DNA of 7,084 nucleotides from a virus (Duplodnaviria; Heunggongvirae; Uroviricota; Caudoviricetes): IMG/VR virus record IMGVR_UViG_2675903425_000013; one strand, 5' to 3'. Shown piece by piece: positions 6,905 to 7,084 of this stretch (position 1 is its first letter; each line of letters starts with the position of its first letter). The notes under the pieces were generated by a model. It saw only the letters and a program-made list of their open reading frames with translations, ran no database searches and was not told where the DNA came from. The position numbers and the translations under genes were made by a program.

Positions 6905-7084
6905 GATAAAAACGCTGCATCTGGTCCCGCGTGAAGGGATGCAGGTGAGTGAGAAGCCGTCGGTGGTGAGGGTGCGGTTTGGTGACGGTTATGAACAGCG
7001 CCGCCCCACAGGGCTGAATCCTCAACTGAAGACGTTTCAGGCGGTGTTCCGGGTGACGGATGAGTCAACCCGGCGCTGGCTGGA
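6897..7084 (+). CDS. Minor tail protein (lambda gpM-like), 3'-partial, runs off the window end
   Basis: Translation from GTG 6897 gives (M)AEIKTLHLVPREGMQVSEKPSVVRVRFGDGYEQRRPTGLNPQLKTFQAVF..., which parallels the lambda gpM N-terminus (VRFGDGY motif) as I recall it. In-frame stop at 6894-6896 excludes an earlier start. GGAGG at 6884-6888. Overlaps the tape measure end by 8 nt. ATG 6941 is an alternative start. Confidence 0.6.
   Translation, partial: MAEIKTLHLVPREGMQVSEKPSVVRVRFGDGYEQRRPTGLNPQLKTFQAVFRVTDESTRRWL

Overview
The window is a tightly packed, single-strand (+) late structural operon of a tailed phage or prophage with a long non-contractile tail (siphovirus-type, lambda/HK97-like mosaic), probably from an enterobacterial host. 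I find no defence system, toxin, CRISPR array, RNA gene or mobile element, so the suggestion of a novel system is not supported by what I can read. Gene order is: 3' part of a tandem-repeat structural protein (interrupted by a 50-N assembly gap), head-tail connector, head closure protein, HK97 gp10-like protein, DUF3168-like tail terminator, major tail protein with a C-terminal Ig-like domain, tail assembly chaperones G and G-T (joined by a -1 frameshift at A_AAA_AAG), a 1026-aa tape measure protein, and the start of a lambda gpM-like minor tail protein. Two terminator-like hairpins sit inside the operon. The most unusual element is the first gene: a 54-aa tandem repeat of unresolved copy number ending in motifs that resemble a carbohydrate-binding module. 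All family assignments are from reading the translations and recalling known phage families; no database search was run.
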